DNA of 64,000 nt. Source: Ignavibacteriota bacterium (GTDB taxonomy: Bacteria > Bacteroidota > Ignavibacteria > UBA10030 > UBA6906). Within the stretch, counting starts at the first letter, position 1. Every line of letters starts with the position of its first letter. The stretch is from positions 1,856,001 to 1,920,000 of the forward strand of contig CAWDEM010000008.1 of the NCBI GenBank assembly GCA_963801355.1, read 5' to 3'. The position numbers and the translations under genes were made by a program. The notes below the pieces were generated by a model that was not told the origin of the DNA, did not search any database, and saw only the letters and a list, made by a program, of their open reading frames with translations. This document shows positions 48,704 to 60,177 of this stretch, one piece after another.

Positions 48704-50998
48704 CTAGAGTTCAGCGCTGATGCCTATTGACGGGAGGATACCAATCGAGCTCTCGTCCATCTCCACCCGTTGCTCCCGGGCATTCCACCTGACCGATCCC
48801 GAATGCTTGTTGTTGTAGACGTTCTGGATGTCAACATAGGTGATCAACGTCCATGCCGCGAAATTCCATCGCCTATCCACCCGGATGTCAAGGCTGTGGA
48901 CAGCCGCTGTGCGTTCGCTGTTGTAGAGTGCGGTGTTCTGTGTCCCATTCGCATTGAACGGCGTGTACGGATGGCCCGACGCATAACGGAACTTCATGCT
49001 GGCTTCCCACTTTTCATTGAATTGGTAGCCTGCACTGACGTTGAAGATCACATCCTGGTCGTACGAACCGAGCCGTTCCACTCCGTCAAGGGACGTGAAA
49101 CGGGTGCGGCTGAGTGTCAGACTGGCAAGACCGTACAGCGGAATCTCTGAGAGTTTCTTCTGGAGGAGCAACTCCACGCCGAGAGCCCTGCCTTTTCCAT
49201 CGCTCACCAGGTGATCAAGACCGAAGGATGCGAAGCCCTCTTCGGAACCGCCGTAACCACCACCGCTATTTGCGAGGACAAGATATTGCCGGTCAAGGCT
49301 TGCGGCGTAGTTGCTGTAGACCTTCGTATACCCTTCGATGCGGAACCGGAGGTCCTCTCTGAACAAATGCTCGAAGCCCAGAATATACTGATCCGCTCGA
49401 ACATGTTTGAGGCCGAGATTTTCCGGGTTCGCAACCAGCCATACATATGATGGACTCTGATAGTACATGCCCGCGCTGGCGGTAATGTTCGTGAGAGGTG
49501 AGAGACTGTACGTCACTGCTCCCCGGGGGGCAAATGCGAACTTCTTGTCGATACGGTCGAAGTAGTCGCCCCGTCCCCCCAGAACCAATGTCACATTCTG
49601 GAACAGATGTTGAGTCAATTGCAGATACGCCGATCCTTTGGAACCCAGCGTCCGGAAATCCTGAACCTGCACGCTCAATGTGTCACCGAATGGCGTCACA
49701 AATCCCGGTAGCGCAAGGTTGCCATTGTAGCGTATGACCTTTGCCTGTGCACCAAAGGAGAGCTCTGTGTTCACACCGGTTTTCATGGTGACGTCAGCGC
49801 GCAGTGACGTCTCCCCCTCCTCTGAGCGATTGCTGAATATCGGCACGAGGAGCGAATCACGTTGAAGGCCGTTGTACTGCACAAAAGAACGACCGAGGGT
49901 GAACGTAGCAAATCCGCGATCGAAAAGATGTCTTAACGAGAAGCCCGACGCATACTGGCGCTGCGCCGTCCCGAGAACGCGCGAGTTGTCGAACCGGTCA
50001 TCGGCATCCCTGTCAAAGAAGTTCACGTCATCGATTGCGCCGACCGCCAGGAATGTCAACTCGTTGGATTTGTCAAGCGTGTAGTGCGCGCGTCCGAAGA
50101 AGTCCCAGTACTCCGGGACAAAACTGAACCCGGCTGCCTTGAAGATGAAATCGAGATAGCTACGGCGCGCGGAGAACATCACGCTCCCGTCCTGGGAGAA
50201 GGGACCTTCGACGTTGAGTCCGAACTGCGAGGCCGACACGGTGGCCTTGCCTCCGAAGCGGTCGCTGCGTCCCTCCCGCAGGTCGATGTTCAGCACGCTC
50301 GAGAGACGGTCGCCGTAACGCACACCAAACCCTCCGGTGGAGAACGCCGTTTCCCGGACAAAATCCAGATTGATGTAGCTGAGCGGTCCCCCGCCGGCAC
50401 CCTGTGTTCCAAAGTGGTTGATGTTTGGAATCTCGACGTTGTCCACTATAAACAGGTTCTCACTCGGGGCACCGCCGCGCACGACGAGATCGTTTCTCCC
50501 GGGCTGGGCTTGTGCAACTCCCGGAAGAACGGCAATGGCCCGAACGACGTCTTCAAATCCACCGGGAGATCTGCGGATTTCTTCGTAGGTGAGTTGCTGG
50601 ACGCTGACAGGTGCATCGGGGGTGCGCTGAAAATAGCCGGCACTGACCTCGACTCCCTCGATATCGATGCTTGCCTCGCTCAGGAGCAGCGATAATTCGA
50701 TCGGTCTGGCCGTCGAGACAACCACATCGCTCTCCAGGTGCGGCTCATATCCGACGAGAGAAGCCCGAACCTGGTACGTGCCGACAGGGATATTTGAAAT
50801 GCTGAATTCGCCGTTCTCATTCGAGGATGTGCCGATCTGGGTTCCGACAATCTGAACGATCGCTGCCGGGAGAGGCTCTTTTGTCAACTGCTCCAGTATC
50901 CTCCCTTTGATGGAGCCCGTTTGTGCAAAGGAAGCAGACGCCACGATGGTAAGGAGCAGCAGCAGAGGAATGATCTTTCTCAGAGGAGCTGTATTCAT
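48704..50998 (-). CDS. TonB-dependent receptor with carboxypeptidase-regulatory-like N-terminal domain
   Basis: Signal peptide, GSIKGRI..EPLPAA, LPGV..VVRGG..EN plug domain, beta-barrel pattern. Confidence 0.9.
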   Translation of the reverse strand: MNTAPLRKIIPLLLLLTIVASASFAQTGSIKGRILEQLTKEPLPAAIVQIVGTQIGTSSNENGEFSISNIPVGTYQVRASLVGYEPHLESDVVVSTARPIELSLLLSEASIDIEGVEVSAGYFQRTPDAPVSVQQLTYEEIRRSPGGFEDVVRAIAVLPGVAQAQPGRNDLVVRGGAPSENLFIVDNVEIPNINHFGTQGAGGGPLSYINLDFVRETAFSTGGFGVRYGDRLSSVLNIDLREGRSDRFGGKATVSASQFGLNVEGPFSQDGSVMFSARRSYLDFIFKAAGFSFVPEYWDFFGRAHYTLDKSNELTFLAVGAIDDVNFFDRDADDRFDNSRVLGTAQRQYASGFSLRHLFDRGFATFTLGRSFVQYNGLQRDSLLVPIFSNRSEEGETSLRADVTMKTGVNTELSFGAQAKVIRYNGNLALPGFVTPFGDTLSVQVQDFRTLGSKGSAYLQLTQHLFQNVTLVLGGRGDYFDRIDKKFAFAPRGAVTYSLSPLTNITASAGMYYQSPSYVWLVANPENLGLKHVRADQYILGFEHLFREDLRFRIEGYTKVYSNYAASLDRQYLVLANSGGGYGGSEEGFASFGLDHLVSDGKGRALGVELLLQKKLSEIPLYGLASLTLSRTRFTSLDGVERLGSYDQDVIFNVSAGYQFNEKWEASMKFRYASGHPYTPFNANGTQNTALYNSERTAAVHSLDIRVDRRWNFAAWTLITYVDIQNVYNNKHSGSVRWNAREQRVEMDESSIGILPSIGISAEL

Positions 50999-51201
50999 TG
51001 GGCAACTTCTAGGCATATGTATATATCGTTTAAATCGTACATTTCGAATATATATGATAACACGAAGTCTGCAAGAAATGTTCCCTGAGATTAAGACAGT
51101 TGCGTGCTCACGGTGCTACGCCAGAGGCAGGAAGATGCGAATCAAGTCCGGATTCACAATCGGCCAATGTGGCCAATATTAACCATAGGAGTCTGACCCC
51201 G

Positions 51202-51624
51202 TCATTCGTCTCCCCGCCTCCCGCTCTTTAGATGCCCCCTTCTTTTCTTCTCCTCCAACCGCCGCGCGTTGGAGGCTACGGTGCGCCGTGTGGGAATTCG
51301 CTTTTTCCGGACCTTCAAAGCGTCTGCTATGGTCTCCGCCATCCGCTGGATTGCCGCCTGCCGGTTCTGCCACTGGCTCCGGGATTCATCTGCCTGAACG
51401 CGCAGAACACCTTGACTGTCCAACCGGCGTCCGAGCCGCCGCAACAGCTTCTGCCGCTGCGACTCCAGGAGTGACGGTGATCCCGCGACGTCGAACGCCA
51501 CCTCGACGCGCGTCGAAACCTTGTTGACATTCTGTCCCCCGGGCCCCCCGCTGCGTGAGAACTTGAACGCCAACTCCGATAGGGGAATTGACAACGTCGA
51601 GTTTACCGGAACCTCATCTGCCAT
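51202..51624 (-). CDS. arfB: Alternative ribosome rescue peptidyl-tRNA hydrolase ArfB
   Basis: RSGGPGGQNVNKV, RSQWQNR, basic C-terminal tail. Confidence 0.93.
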   Translation of the reverse strand: MADEVPVNSTLSIPLSELAFKFSRSGGPGGQNVNKVSTRVEVAFDVAGSPSLLESQRQKLLRRLGRRLDSQGVLRVQADESRSQWQNRQAAIQRMAETIADALKVRKKRIPTRRTVASNARRLEEKKRRGHLKSGRRGDE

Positions 51625-51713
51625 TGACCCTGCCTTGCTCTTCGGTTCGCTTCTCGCTATAATATACAACAATACGAGAATCTCTTCACCTGGCAGCCCC
51701 TTCCTCAATGAGA

Positions 51714-51968
51714 ATGACGCTCAATACTTCCAACGGATATTCAGTCGAAATAGAGCAAATCGAAGGACTCGGCGCCCCCTGGATCGTGCGGTCGTACCAC
51801 AAGTTCGCCTTCTTGCGCCGCAAACTGAGTTCCGATTGGTTCCTGAACGGCGACCAGGCTCGCACATTCGCCGACCAACTCGTCAAAGATCTTCAGACGC
51901 AGGACGCATCCGTAGCCCTCATCAGGAGCCGCAAACCCGGATGGACCCTGCACCGGCCTGTTCACTAA
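51714..51968 (+). CDS. Hypothetical protein
   Basis: Short ORF divergent from arfB and co-oriented with the downstream transporter. Confidence 0.55.
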   Translation: MTLNTSNGYSVEIEQIEGLGAPWIVRSYHKFAFLRRKLSSDWFLNGDQARTFADQLVKDLQTQDASVALIRSRKPGWTLHRPVH

Positions 51969-52002
51969 TCCATTCACGACGTCAAAATCCCGGAGGACTC
52001 TG

Positions 52003-53508
52003 ATGGCCCGGACTCAGACAGTCGGCCTTCTGCGTTCCTACCCTCGCTCGTTCTGGATCGCGAACGTTATGGAGCTGTTCGAGCGAGCGGCGTACTACGG
52101 CATGAACTCAGTCCTCGCCATCTATCTCACGGCAAATGTCGCCGAGCGTGGTCTTGGTTTCACTGAGGAGTCCGTTGGTTTTCTCCAGGGCTTGATCTAT
52201 GCCTGCACGTACATCATACCGATTCTCGGCGGAGCGCTCGCCGATCGTTACGGCTACCGGAAGATGCTGCTCGTTGCATTCTCCTTGCTGACCGCGGGCT
52301 ACTTCGTCAGCGGCCAGATGTCAACGTACGGACTGGTCTTTCTTGCCCTTCTGCTGATGGCGACAGGATCCGGTTTGTTCAAACCGATCATCTCCGGAAC
52401 CATCGCACGGACGACCACGGAGCAAACTTCCGGGTTCGGGTTTGGTATCTATTACTGGATGATCAATCTCGGCGCGTTTCTTGCACCGCTCGTGGTCAGC
52501 TTTCTGCGGGGATTTTCATGGAGCCTCGTCTTTACGGCGTCGTCGATCTATTGCGCGTTGATGCTGTTGCCGGCCCTGTTCCTCTACCGCGAACCTCCCC
52601 GGCCCGAGAACACGAAATCACTCCGTGACGTGCTTGCAGGTGCCGCGCGTGTTCTCGGAGATGCGCGATTTATGCTGATGATCGTGGTCTACTCAGGCTT
52701 CTGGATTCTCTATTTCCAGAATTTCGGGTCCGTCCTCTGGTTTTTGCGCGACTTCATCGACCCGACGCCGGTGAACCAGGCTTTCGGCTCAATCGGCATT
52801 CCACTCCGCTTTGATGCCGAGCACGTCACGGTCATCAATGCCGGCACAATTATTCTCCTCCAGGTCTTCGTCAGTCGCATTGTGAAGAATGTCCGACCCC
52901 TGTATGCAATGGTCGGCGGTATCGGCATCGGCGTACTCGGATTCGTCTGCCTTTCATTTGCCACAACGGTGTGGGTGTTTATACTTGGCATTGCCGTGTT
53001 CTCGATTGGTGAAATGACGGCCCACCCGAAGTATTACAGCTACGTCGGGATCGTGGCTCCGCACGAAAGCAAAGCCGTCTACATGGGATATGCGTTTCTC
53101 TACGGGGTGATCGGCAGCTTGATAGGCTCAAACCTGGGCGGGGCAATGTACGAGTCGTGGCTCAAGCCACTGGTGGGGACCGGCGACACATCGGGTACGG
53201 CACGCGACTTCTGGCTTGTATTTGCTGCTCTCGGGCTCGTCGCCATGATCGGACTGATGCTGTACAACAGGTTCTTCGCTGAAAACACTCCCGCGGCAAA
53301 CCTGCATGCCCGGACGATCATGACCGGTATCTATGTCCTCCTCCTGGTCGTGGGAGCGTGGTTTTTCTACAGGGGGCTCTGGGGGGGACCCCAGCCTGCT
53401 TACAGAATGGTGGTTCAGGCCGCCCTTATGATTGCACTCGGAGCGGGTGGACTCGTAGTCTCCCTCAAATCTCGTCCAGAAGTTCCCCAAGCTGCCGCGG
53501 ATCGGTAA
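52003..53508 (+). CDS. POT/PTR-like MFS peptide transporter
   Basis: [10 protein letters not shown] (ExxER), [22 protein letters not shown]. Confidence 0.9.
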   Translation: MARTQTVGLLRSYPRSFWIANVMELFERAAYYGMNSVLAIYLTANVAERGLGFTEESVGFLQGLIYACTYIIPILGGALADRYGYRKMLLVAFSLLTAGYFVSGQMSTYGLVFLALLLMATGSGLFKPIISGTIARTTTEQTSGFGFGIYYWMINLGAFLAPLVVSFLRGFSWSLVFTASSIYCALMLLPALFLYREPPRPENTKSLRDVLAGAARVLGDARFMLMIVVYSGFWILYFQNFGSVLWFLRDFIDPTPVNQAFGSIGIPLRFDAEHVTVINAGTIILLQVFVSRIVKNVRPLYAMVGGIGIGVLGFVCLSFATTVWVFILGIAVFSIGEMTAHPKYYSYVGIVAPHESKAVYMGYAFLYGVIGSLIGSNLGGAMYESWLKPLVGTGDTSGTARDFWLVFAALGLVAMIGLMLYNRFFAENTPAANLHARTIMTGIYVLLLVVGAWFFYRGLWGGPQPAYRMVVQAALMIALGAGGLVVSLKSRPEVPQAAADR

Positions 53509-55582
53509 CGGGAAGCCGGCATACGAAGTTGGAACATACGTAGGCCGTCGCCTGTCCGGTTACCCGGCTGACCTGGCCGGCATAGGGAATAACCTTCGCC
53601 AGCCGATCCTGTTCCCGCGGATCCACCGGGATCAGCGATGTGCCCGGAAGGTACCGCGTGTCACACTCCTTCCACAACGCTTCGGTCAAACCGTCTCCAC
53701 TTTCCCCGGCGATGACAACCTGTGATGGCGGCTTCAGCAACTGTAATGCGGCAGCCGCCAGATGGGGCATTATCGAAGGCTGCTTCTCAAGCCAGGGGCT
53801 GAACGCGTTGACAGTTGCCTCTGCCCTGTCGCGGAATTCCTGCTCACCGGTCAAAGCGTTGAGTCGCAGCAGGTTCATGGCCGCAGTCGAATTGCCGGCA
53901 GGCTCGGCCCCGTCGTATTGTTCCCGCGTGCGCACGAGGATCGATGGATCCTGTCCGGAGGTGTCACAGAAACCGCTGCGTTGCGAATCCCAGAAGAGCG
54001 ATACCGCGGTTTTTATCAGCCCGATCGCGCGCTCCAGCCACGCAGCAATCCCCGTAGCCTCAAAGAGATCGATAAGACCTTCGGTGAGAAACGCGTAGTC
54101 TTCAAGGTGGGCTTCATGGCGTGCCTCTCCTTCCCGGTAGCGCCGATGGAGGAGCTTTGTTGCATCATCGAACATCGAACCGAAGATGAATGTCGCGGCC
54201 TGCTCTGCTGCTGTCCTGTAGCCGGGAGCGGAAAGCACCCTGGAACCGCGTGCAAGCGCACCGATCATCAGTCCATTCCACGCAGCAATCACTTTGTCAT
54301 CCCTCAATGGCCGGGGCCTGGTGCGTCTGATTTCCAGCAGCCGTTGACGCGCCGAAGCAAGCCGCGCGCGCACATCCTCGACCGGTACGCCTGCGAAGCG
54401 CGCCACATCTTCGATGGGGTGTGCAACGAAGAGTATGTTGCGTCCGGTGAATTCGTTCTGGGGATCGTGTGCAACGTTCCCATCGTCCTCCAGTCCATAC
54501 GCAAACGAAAACAGTGCCCCGTCGGGGTCGAGCGCCCGCATCACTTCTTTACGGGACCAGACATAAAATGCTCCTTCCCCCTGTTCTTCGGGATTCTCGG
54601 GCCGGGGACTGTCAGCGTCTTCCGCTGAAGCAAACCCGCCTGCCGGGAGCCGCAAATCCCGAAGGACGTAGTCAATAGTGTCCCGCGCCACGCCGGCATA
54701 GAAGGGGTCCCGGGAAATCTGCGCCGCGTCCAGATACGCGTGGACGAGCTGTGCCTGATCGTACAGCATCTTTTCAAAATGTGGAACACGCCATTCAGCA
54801 TCCACTGCATAGCGGTGAAAACCTCCCCCCACGTGATCGTGAATGCCGCCCATCGCCATGGCACGGAGGGTCCGTTGCGCCATTTCGGCGCCCCGGGAAC
54901 CCGGGGTGTGCTTGTGATAGCGGGAAAGAAACGTCAGCGTCACCGGCCGGGGGAATTTGGGGGCTCCGCCGAAACCGCCTGACTCCCCGTCAAAGGTCCG
55001 CTGAATCTGCTCGTAGCACAAATCCACCGCCGCACCAATCTGTAAAGGCTTTGCTCCTCCCGATCCTGCAACCTCCTCCAGGTACGCAATGATCTTGTCG
55101 GCAGACTCAAGAACATCATTCCGCTTGTGCAGCCAGATCGCCCGAACCCTGCGCAGAATTTCCGGGAAACCGGCACGCTCAAATCGGTTCACCGGCGGAA
55201 AGTAGGTCCCCCCATAGAACGGCTTCAGGTCCGGGGTCAAGAACATCGAGAGCGGCCACCCGCCCTGTATCCCCATGGCCTGCAGGGCGCCCATATACAC
55301 ACGATCGACATCAGGCCGCTCCTCACGATCCACCTTGATTGCCACAAACCCATCGTTGAGCAACTCCACTGTCTCTTCGTTTTCAAACGATTCGTGCGCC
55401 ATGACGTGACACCAATGGCACGTGGAGTACCCGATAGAGAGAAAAATAGGCTTGTCTTCACGGCGCGACTTCGTGAAGGCCTCGTCTCCCCATGTGTACC
55501 AGTCGACGGGATTGTGCGCGTGTTGCAGGAGGTACGGACTCTTTTCGTGCAGGAGTCGATTTGGCTTGCGTACCGGCATCAT
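53465..55582 (-). CDS. Thioredoxin-domain protein DUF255 (YyaL/SPATA20 family)
   Basis: [41 protein letters not shown]. Confidence 0.93.
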   Translation of the reverse strand: MMPVRKPNRLLHEKSPYLLQHAHNPVDWYTWGDEAFTKSRREDKPIFLSIGYSTCHWCHVMAHESFENEETVELLNDGFVAIKVDREERPDVDRVYMGALQAMGIQGGWPLSMFLTPDLKPFYGGTYFPPVNRFERAGFPEILRRVRAIWLHKRNDVLESADKIIAYLEEVAGSGGAKPLQIGAAVDLCYEQIQRTFDGESGGFGGAPKFPRPVTLTFLSRYHKHTPGSRGAEMAQRTLRAMAMGGIHDHVGGGFHRYAVDAEWRVPHFEKMLYDQAQLVHAYLDAAQISRDPFYAGVARDTIDYVLRDLRLPAGGFASAEDADSPRPENPEEQGEGAFYVWSRKEVMRALDPDGALFSFAYGLEDDGNVAHDPQNEFTGRNILFVAHPIEDVARFAGVPVEDVRARLASARQRLLEIRRTRPRPLRDDKVIAAWNGLMIGALARGSRVLSAPGYRTAAEQAATFIFGSMFDDATKLLHRRYREGEARHEAHLEDYAFLTEGLIDLFEATGIAAWLERAIGLIKTAVSLFWDSQRSGFCDTSGQDPSILVRTREQYDGAEPAGNSTAAMNLLRLNALTGEQEFRDRAEATVNAFSPWLEKQPSIMPHLAAAALQLLKPPSQVVIAGESGDGLTEALWKECDTRYLPGTSLIPVDPREQDRLAKVIPYAGQVSRVTGQATAYVCSNFVCRLPVTDPRQLGELLDEI

Positions 55583-55857
55583 GTTTTTCCCAATGCTGTG
55601 CGTCCCCATCAAACACACAATGGATCGCTCAAGGTCCGCAACATGTGACAATCGTGGAAGGGGAAAATGTCAGCTCACCCGACAAAGATACTCATACACA
55701 GTGTCAAACGCGACCTCCCGGTACTCGCTCCATTGCATCAGTTCTTGTATTGCTGTATATTTGACACGGTCATTCCTACTCATATTCCCTCTCTCTTTCT
55801 CCGGGTAACGTTTTGGCTGTCATAGTCTTCTATCGCTAATTCACACACAGGATTTTC

Positions 55858-56508
55858 ATGAAGCTCGAATCTATCCTTCATGCCCTGATCCCCAAAGAGG
55901 CGAAATTCTTCAAGTATTTCGAGGAGGATGTTGAAAACCTTCTCCTCGCGGCAGGGGTTTTCAAAGGGCTGATGTCCGACGCGATCTCTCAAGCAGAGCG
56001 TGCACAGAAAGTTGCACACATTGAAGAATTGGAGCACCGGGGTGACGAGATCACCCACAAGATTTTCTCTGAAGTGGGGGCGACCTTCATCACACCGTTT
56101 GACCGGGAAGATATCCATGCCCTCGCATCCAAGCTGGACGACATTCTGGATTATCTCCGTGGAGCCGCAACACGGCTGATCCTCTACCGGGTGGAGACAA
56201 TCTCACCGGAAATGGAGCGCCTTGCCGTCCTGATCTATGACCAGGTTGTGGAATTACATAAGGCGATTCTCAATCTGAGTCATTTCAAAGATGGAAAGTT
56301 CATCCTCGACTCGCTCGTTCGCATCAACAGCATCGAGAATGAAGCGGATGATCTCTTCGAACGCGCCATTGCCGACCTGTTCGACACCTGTGTCGATCCG
56401 ATCAAACTGATCAAGACTAAAGAAGTTCTGGTGAGTCTGGAAACCGCGACAGACCAGTGCGAAGACGCCGCCAACGTCATCGAATCGATCATCGTCAAGA
56501 ATGCTTAG
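55858..56508 (+). CDS. DUF47 (PhoU-like) Pit accessory protein
   Basis: LEHRGDEITH, TFITPFDREDI, ENEAD, LETATDQCED. Confidence 0.92.
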   Translation: MKLESILHALIPKEAKFFKYFEEDVENLLLAAGVFKGLMSDAISQAERAQKVAHIEELEHRGDEITHKIFSEVGATFITPFDREDIHALASKLDDILDYLRGAATRLILYRVETISPEMERLAVLIYDQVVELHKAILNLSHFKDGKFILDSLVRINSIENEADDLFERAIADLFDTCVDPIKLIKTKEVLVSLETATDQCEDAANVIESIIVKNA

Positions 56509-56526
56509 GACGAACCTCCACCTCAC

Positions 56527-57525
56527 ATGATCACACTGGTTGTCGTCATAATCTTCTTTGCCCTGGTATTCGATTTCCTCAACGGTTTTCATGACGCCGC
56601 GAATTCCATAGCAACGATCGTCTCCACCCGGGTTCTCACCCCACGGCAGGCTGTGGTATGGGCTGCATTCTTCAATCTGGTTGCTGCCTTCGCTTTTGAT
56701 GTTCACATCGCCAAAACGGTCGGCAAGGGGCTGGTGGATCTCGCCAGCGTCAATGAATATGTGATACTCGCCGGACTCATCGGCGCGATTGCGTGGAATC
56801 TCATCACGTGGTACTTCGGGATACCTTCGAGCTCATCGCACGCGCTCATGGGAGGATACGGAGGAGCCGCAATCGCCAAAGTGGGATTTGGCGTCCTCAT
56901 CGCTGAGGGATGGGTAAACACTTTTTTGTTCATTGCCCTTGCACCGATCATCGGGATGATGCTCGGGTACCTGCTGCAGGTGATTGTGCTCTGGATTGTG
57001 CATGCGCGGGCCTACTCAAGGGTGGAGGGCACATTTAGAAAGTTGCAGCTTCTCTCCGCCGCACTCTACAGTCTCGGCCACGGAACCAATGATGCACAGA
57101 AGACCATGGGCATTATCACCGGCGTTCTGGTCACCAGCAGGATTATCCAGACATTTGAAGTCCCTGTATGGGTTGTATTTTCCTCGCACACAGCGATCGC
57201 ATTCGGCACGTTGTTCGGAGGATGGCGCATCGTAAAGACCATGGGCTCGAAAATCACGAAGCTTCAACCGACGGATGGTTTCTGCGCAGAGACGGCCGGT
57301 GGGATTACGCTGCTTCTGACGGCCTTCGGGGGAATTGCTGTGAGCACGACGCACACCATCGCCGGCGCCATCATGGGGGTGGGTGCAACGAAACGTTTCT
57401 CCGCTGTCCGCTGGGGTATCGCCGGAACAATGGTGTGGGCATGGATCCTGACTATCCCCATGTCAGCGCTGGTGGCGGCCGGCGCCTATTGGCTGATCGA
57501 GACGGTCAGGGCGCTGCGGGGATAA
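56527..57525 (+). CDS. pit: Inorganic phosphate transporter (PiT family)
   Basis: NGFHDAANSIAT, HGTNDAQKTMG, STTH. Confidence 0.94.
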   Translation: MITLVVVIIFFALVFDFLNGFHDAANSIATIVSTRVLTPRQAVVWAAFFNLVAAFAFDVHIAKTVGKGLVDLASVNEYVILAGLIGAIAWNLITWYFGIPSSSSHALMGGYGGAAIAKVGFGVLIAEGWVNTFLFIALAPIIGMMLGYLLQVIVLWIVHARAYSRVEGTFRKLQLLSAALYSLGHGTNDAQKTMGIITGVLVTSRIIQTFEVPVWVVFSSHTAIAFGTLFGGWRIVKTMGSKITKLQPTDGFCAETAGGITLLLTAFGGIAVSTTHTIAGAIMGVGATKRFSAVRWGIAGTMVWAWILTIPMSALVAAGAYWLIETVRALRG

Positions 57526-57598
57526 AGCAAAAGGGACCACTCAAGGTCCCGCGCATTTGACAATCGTCAAAAGACTATCGTCAATCAACAATAGGTTG

Positions 57599-57671
57599 TG
57601 GAGCTGACCGGGATCGAACCGGTGACCTCGTGAATGCCATTCACGCGCTCTCCCAGCTGAGCTACAGCCCC
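57599..57671 (-). tRNA. tRNA-Ala(GGC)
   Basis: GGGGCTGTAGCTCAGCTGGGAGAGCGCGTGAATGGCATTCACGAGGTCACCGGTTCGATCCCGGTCAGCTCCA, with G3-U70 pair. Confidence 0.96.
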
Positions 57672-57771
57672 GGGACAATTCTCCATTGAGAATGGAGAAT
57701 TGAGAAATATCCTTGAAAAAGGTACGATAATGCCGTTGAATATGCAACACTCCTTCGCTTTCAAAGGTCCG

Positions 57772-58182
57772 ATGCGCGCGTCAAAATGGTTCATTTTGGC
57801 CGGCCTACTCGTACTCGTTCTGACCGTAACGGGCTGCAAAGACGAGAACCCCGTGGACGGGGAGAGTCCGTCAAACATCGTGTTCCCCATCTCGAACGTC
57901 AGCTATGGACAGCAGGTCCAGCCGCTCTTCAATCAGACATGCACGCTTGCCGGCTGCCACGATGACGGAACGCATCAGAGCATGCTTTCGTTGACTTCCT
58001 ACGACAATCTGATGTACGGAGGTGCACTGGTGGTTGTGCGCAACAAGCCCGACGTGAGCATGCTGGTGTTGCGGATCCAGGGAAGTGTGGGCACCCGTAT
58101 GCCGTTGAACCGGAATCCGCTGAACCAGAACCAGATCAACGGTATTCGCGCATGGATCGGAGAGGGAGCACAGAACAACTGA
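57772..58182 (+). CDS. Lipoprotein with putative c-type cytochrome domain (CX4CH)
   Basis: Lipobox VTGC; VSY..QVQPLF...CTLAGCH, RMP, IRAWIGEGA. Confidence 0.7.
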   Translation: MRASKWFILAGLLVLVLTVTGCKDENPVDGESPSNIVFPISNVSYGQQVQPLFNQTCTLAGCHDDGTHQSMLSLTSYDNLMYGGALVVVRNKPDVSMLVLRIQGSVGTRMPLNRNPLNQNQINGIRAWIGEGAQNN

Positions 58183-58219
58183 CGACAGAGACAGCCGATC
58201 CCGCCTTGTGACACCTCAG

Positions 58220-59098
58220 CTACACCGACCGCGCGTCAGCCCCCCAGAACAGTTTCGCCCGCAGCACATCAAAGTATGTCCTGTCTTTCCTCTTCACCAG
58301 ACGCAGGGGGTACGAGGCCTTGCGGACGATGATTTCAATCGGAGGTTTCAGCAACGATTCTTCCTGTCCGTCAGCGGAGAGGAGGACTTCTCCACCCCTT
58401 GAGTTCACAGCAAGGCGTATCGAACTTGTAGCCGGTATGATCAGTGGCCGTCCGTTCAGCGAGTGCGGAGAGATGGGGGTGATGCCGATGACGTCGCAGG
58501 TGGGAATGACAATGGGCCCGTTGTTGGAAAGCGCATAGCCGGTAGACCCCGTCGGCGTCGATATAATCAGTCCGTCGCCCCGGTACGTAACCGCAAATGC
58601 CCCATCGATGTGCGTCTCCAGATCAATCATTCGCGAAGAACGGGATTTGTCGACAACGATGTCGTTGACCCCACGTATGACCGTGCCCGGTTGCGAGGGC
58701 ACCGTGGCTTCCAGCACAAGCCGTTCCTCAATGATATAGTTGTGGGCAATCAGGTCGGCAAGGGCATGGGGGATTTCTTCCGGGGAAAGCTCAGCCAGGA
58801 ACCCCAGCTTCCCCAGGTTGACGCCCAGAATGGGGGTAGCACGGTCACCGACCAGGCGGGCTGCGGAGAGAATAGTCCCGTCGCCCCCGAATGCGATCAC
58901 CATCTCCCCTTCATTGACACACCGTTCAACACTCCCGGCGCACCCGGGCGGGACTGGGTGCCCTGCGTCCTTCAGGAGGTCCGCGATATGGGAATCAACA
59001 ATGAAGCCGGCCCTGGCCCCGATCAGAGCGGAAATCAGGGAGGCCACCGCGTTGCTCAATTCCGGTTTTGCCAGATTGCCGATGATGGCAAATTTCAT
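58220..59098 (-). CDS. nadK: NAD kinase
   Basis: GGDGT, GVNLGKLGFL, DGLIISTPTGSTGY. Confidence 0.95.
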   Translation of the reverse strand: MKFAIIGNLAKPELSNAVASLISALIGARAGFIVDSHIADLLKDAGHPVPPGCAGSVERCVNEGEMVIAFGGDGTILSAARLVGDRATPILGVNLGKLGFLAELSPEEIPHALADLIAHNYIIEERLVLEATVPSQPGTVIRGVNDIVVDKSRSSRMIDLETHIDGAFAVTYRGDGLIISTPTGSTGYALSNNGPIVIPTCDVIGITPISPHSLNGRPLIIPATSSIRLAVNSRGGEVLLSADGQEESLLKPPIEIIVRKASYPLRLVKRKDRTYFDVLRAKLFWGADARSV

Positions 59099-59358
59099 AA
59101 TTGCTTCTCCTGGACGAACACAAGCTTGAGTTCCTGCAGTATCTGTGTAAGGAGCATTTCTTCGTCGGCGGCGAGATTTCCTTTGGTCTTCGCCTGCAAC
59201 ATGTCGAGTATATCAATGGTGTTTTCGGCGGCCTCGAGATTCTTTTCAATTTTGTCGGTGACCGGATGCTTCACTTTGCCGAGCTGCTGCATGGTTGCTG
59301 CGTGAAACATGACGATGAGCTGGGTAAACAGCAGCTGGTGCTTCTTCGCACTGTCCAT
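59095..59358 (-). CDS. DUF1844-domain protein
   Basis: A..QLG...P, A...IDIL.ML..KTKGNL...E...L...L.EL. Confidence 0.85.
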   Translation of the reverse strand: MDSAKKHQLLFTQLIVMFHAATMQQLGKVKHPVTDKIEKNLEAAENTIDILDMLQAKTKGNLAADEEMLLTQILQELKLVFVQEKQL

Positions 59359-59388
59359 GGGAACCTCCTCAGTCAGTGAATTCCTTCT

Positions 59389-60171
59389 TCAGGACACGTC
59401 CTGCTGTTCTCTGTTCTTACCGCTGCGTTCCCACAATTTCACGTACTTGGTGAACACATACACCGAGGAGAGGACCGCCAGGATAAAGCCTTCAAAGCCA
59501 TCCAGAAATCCCCTCCGCAGCAGATACATCTTCACGAATGTGAAAGGGGGTCTCAGCAGGATGTCCCGCAGCCTGAACGTGCGCCCTGCGGCGGCCATGT
59601 CGTCGGCGGCAAGTGATGTGTACCGGTTGAATTTGGCAAAATAGTGGTGCAGGTCCGGATCGGTGAGGTGCACAAGATCGTGCTGGGTGGACGCGGAGGC
59701 GCCATCCAGGTGCAGCTGTTCGTGGACGCGTGTCTCGCTGAAGTGCCCGGTGCCGCGCCTGAAGAGACGTACAACCCGCCCGGGATACCATCCGCTGTGA
59801 CGTATCCAGCGGCCGAGGAAATATGCACGCCGTGCGACCGCATAGCCGTTGATCGATCGTCCATCTTCCCGGAGGAGGTTCCGGATTTCTTCGGCCAGCG
59901 CGGGGGTGACTCGCTCGTCAGCGTCAAGCCAGAGGATCCAATCACCGGATGCTGCCGTCAGTGCCTGGTTCCTCGCCGCCCCGTATCCTTCCCACGCAAC
60001 GTCAATCACATTCGGCGTGAACGACCGGGCAATCTCCACGGTCCGATCGGCGCTGCCGGAATCCACAACGATCAACTCGTCAGCCCACTGGGCACTCTCA
60101 AGACAGGCGCGGATGTTGTGCTCTTCGTTGAGGGTCAGTATGATGACGGTCAGTGTGGCCATTGCAGTCAT
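59389..60171 (-). CDS. GT2 glycosyltransferase (KdtX/WaaE-like)
   Basis: IILTLNEE, VVDSGS.D, LDADE, VHE, GFLDG. Confidence 0.92.
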   Translation of the reverse strand: MTAMATLTVIILTLNEEHNIRACLESAQWADELIVVDSGSADRTVEIARSFTPNVIDVAWEGYGAARNQALTAASGDWILWLDADERVTPALAEEIRNLLREDGRSINGYAVARRAYFLGRWIRHSGWYPGRVVRLFRRGTGHFSETRVHEQLHLDGASASTQHDLVHLTDPDLHHYFAKFNRYTSLAADDMAAAGRTFRLRDILLRPPFTFVKMYLLRRGFLDGFEGFILAVLSSVYVFTKYVKLWERSGKNREQQDVS

Positions 60172-60177
60172 GCCGTC

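Noticed and set aside
55795-55835. ctgtcat pho-box-like word upstream of DUF47-pit
   Set aside because: Only one half-site; no convincing 11-bp tandem repeat
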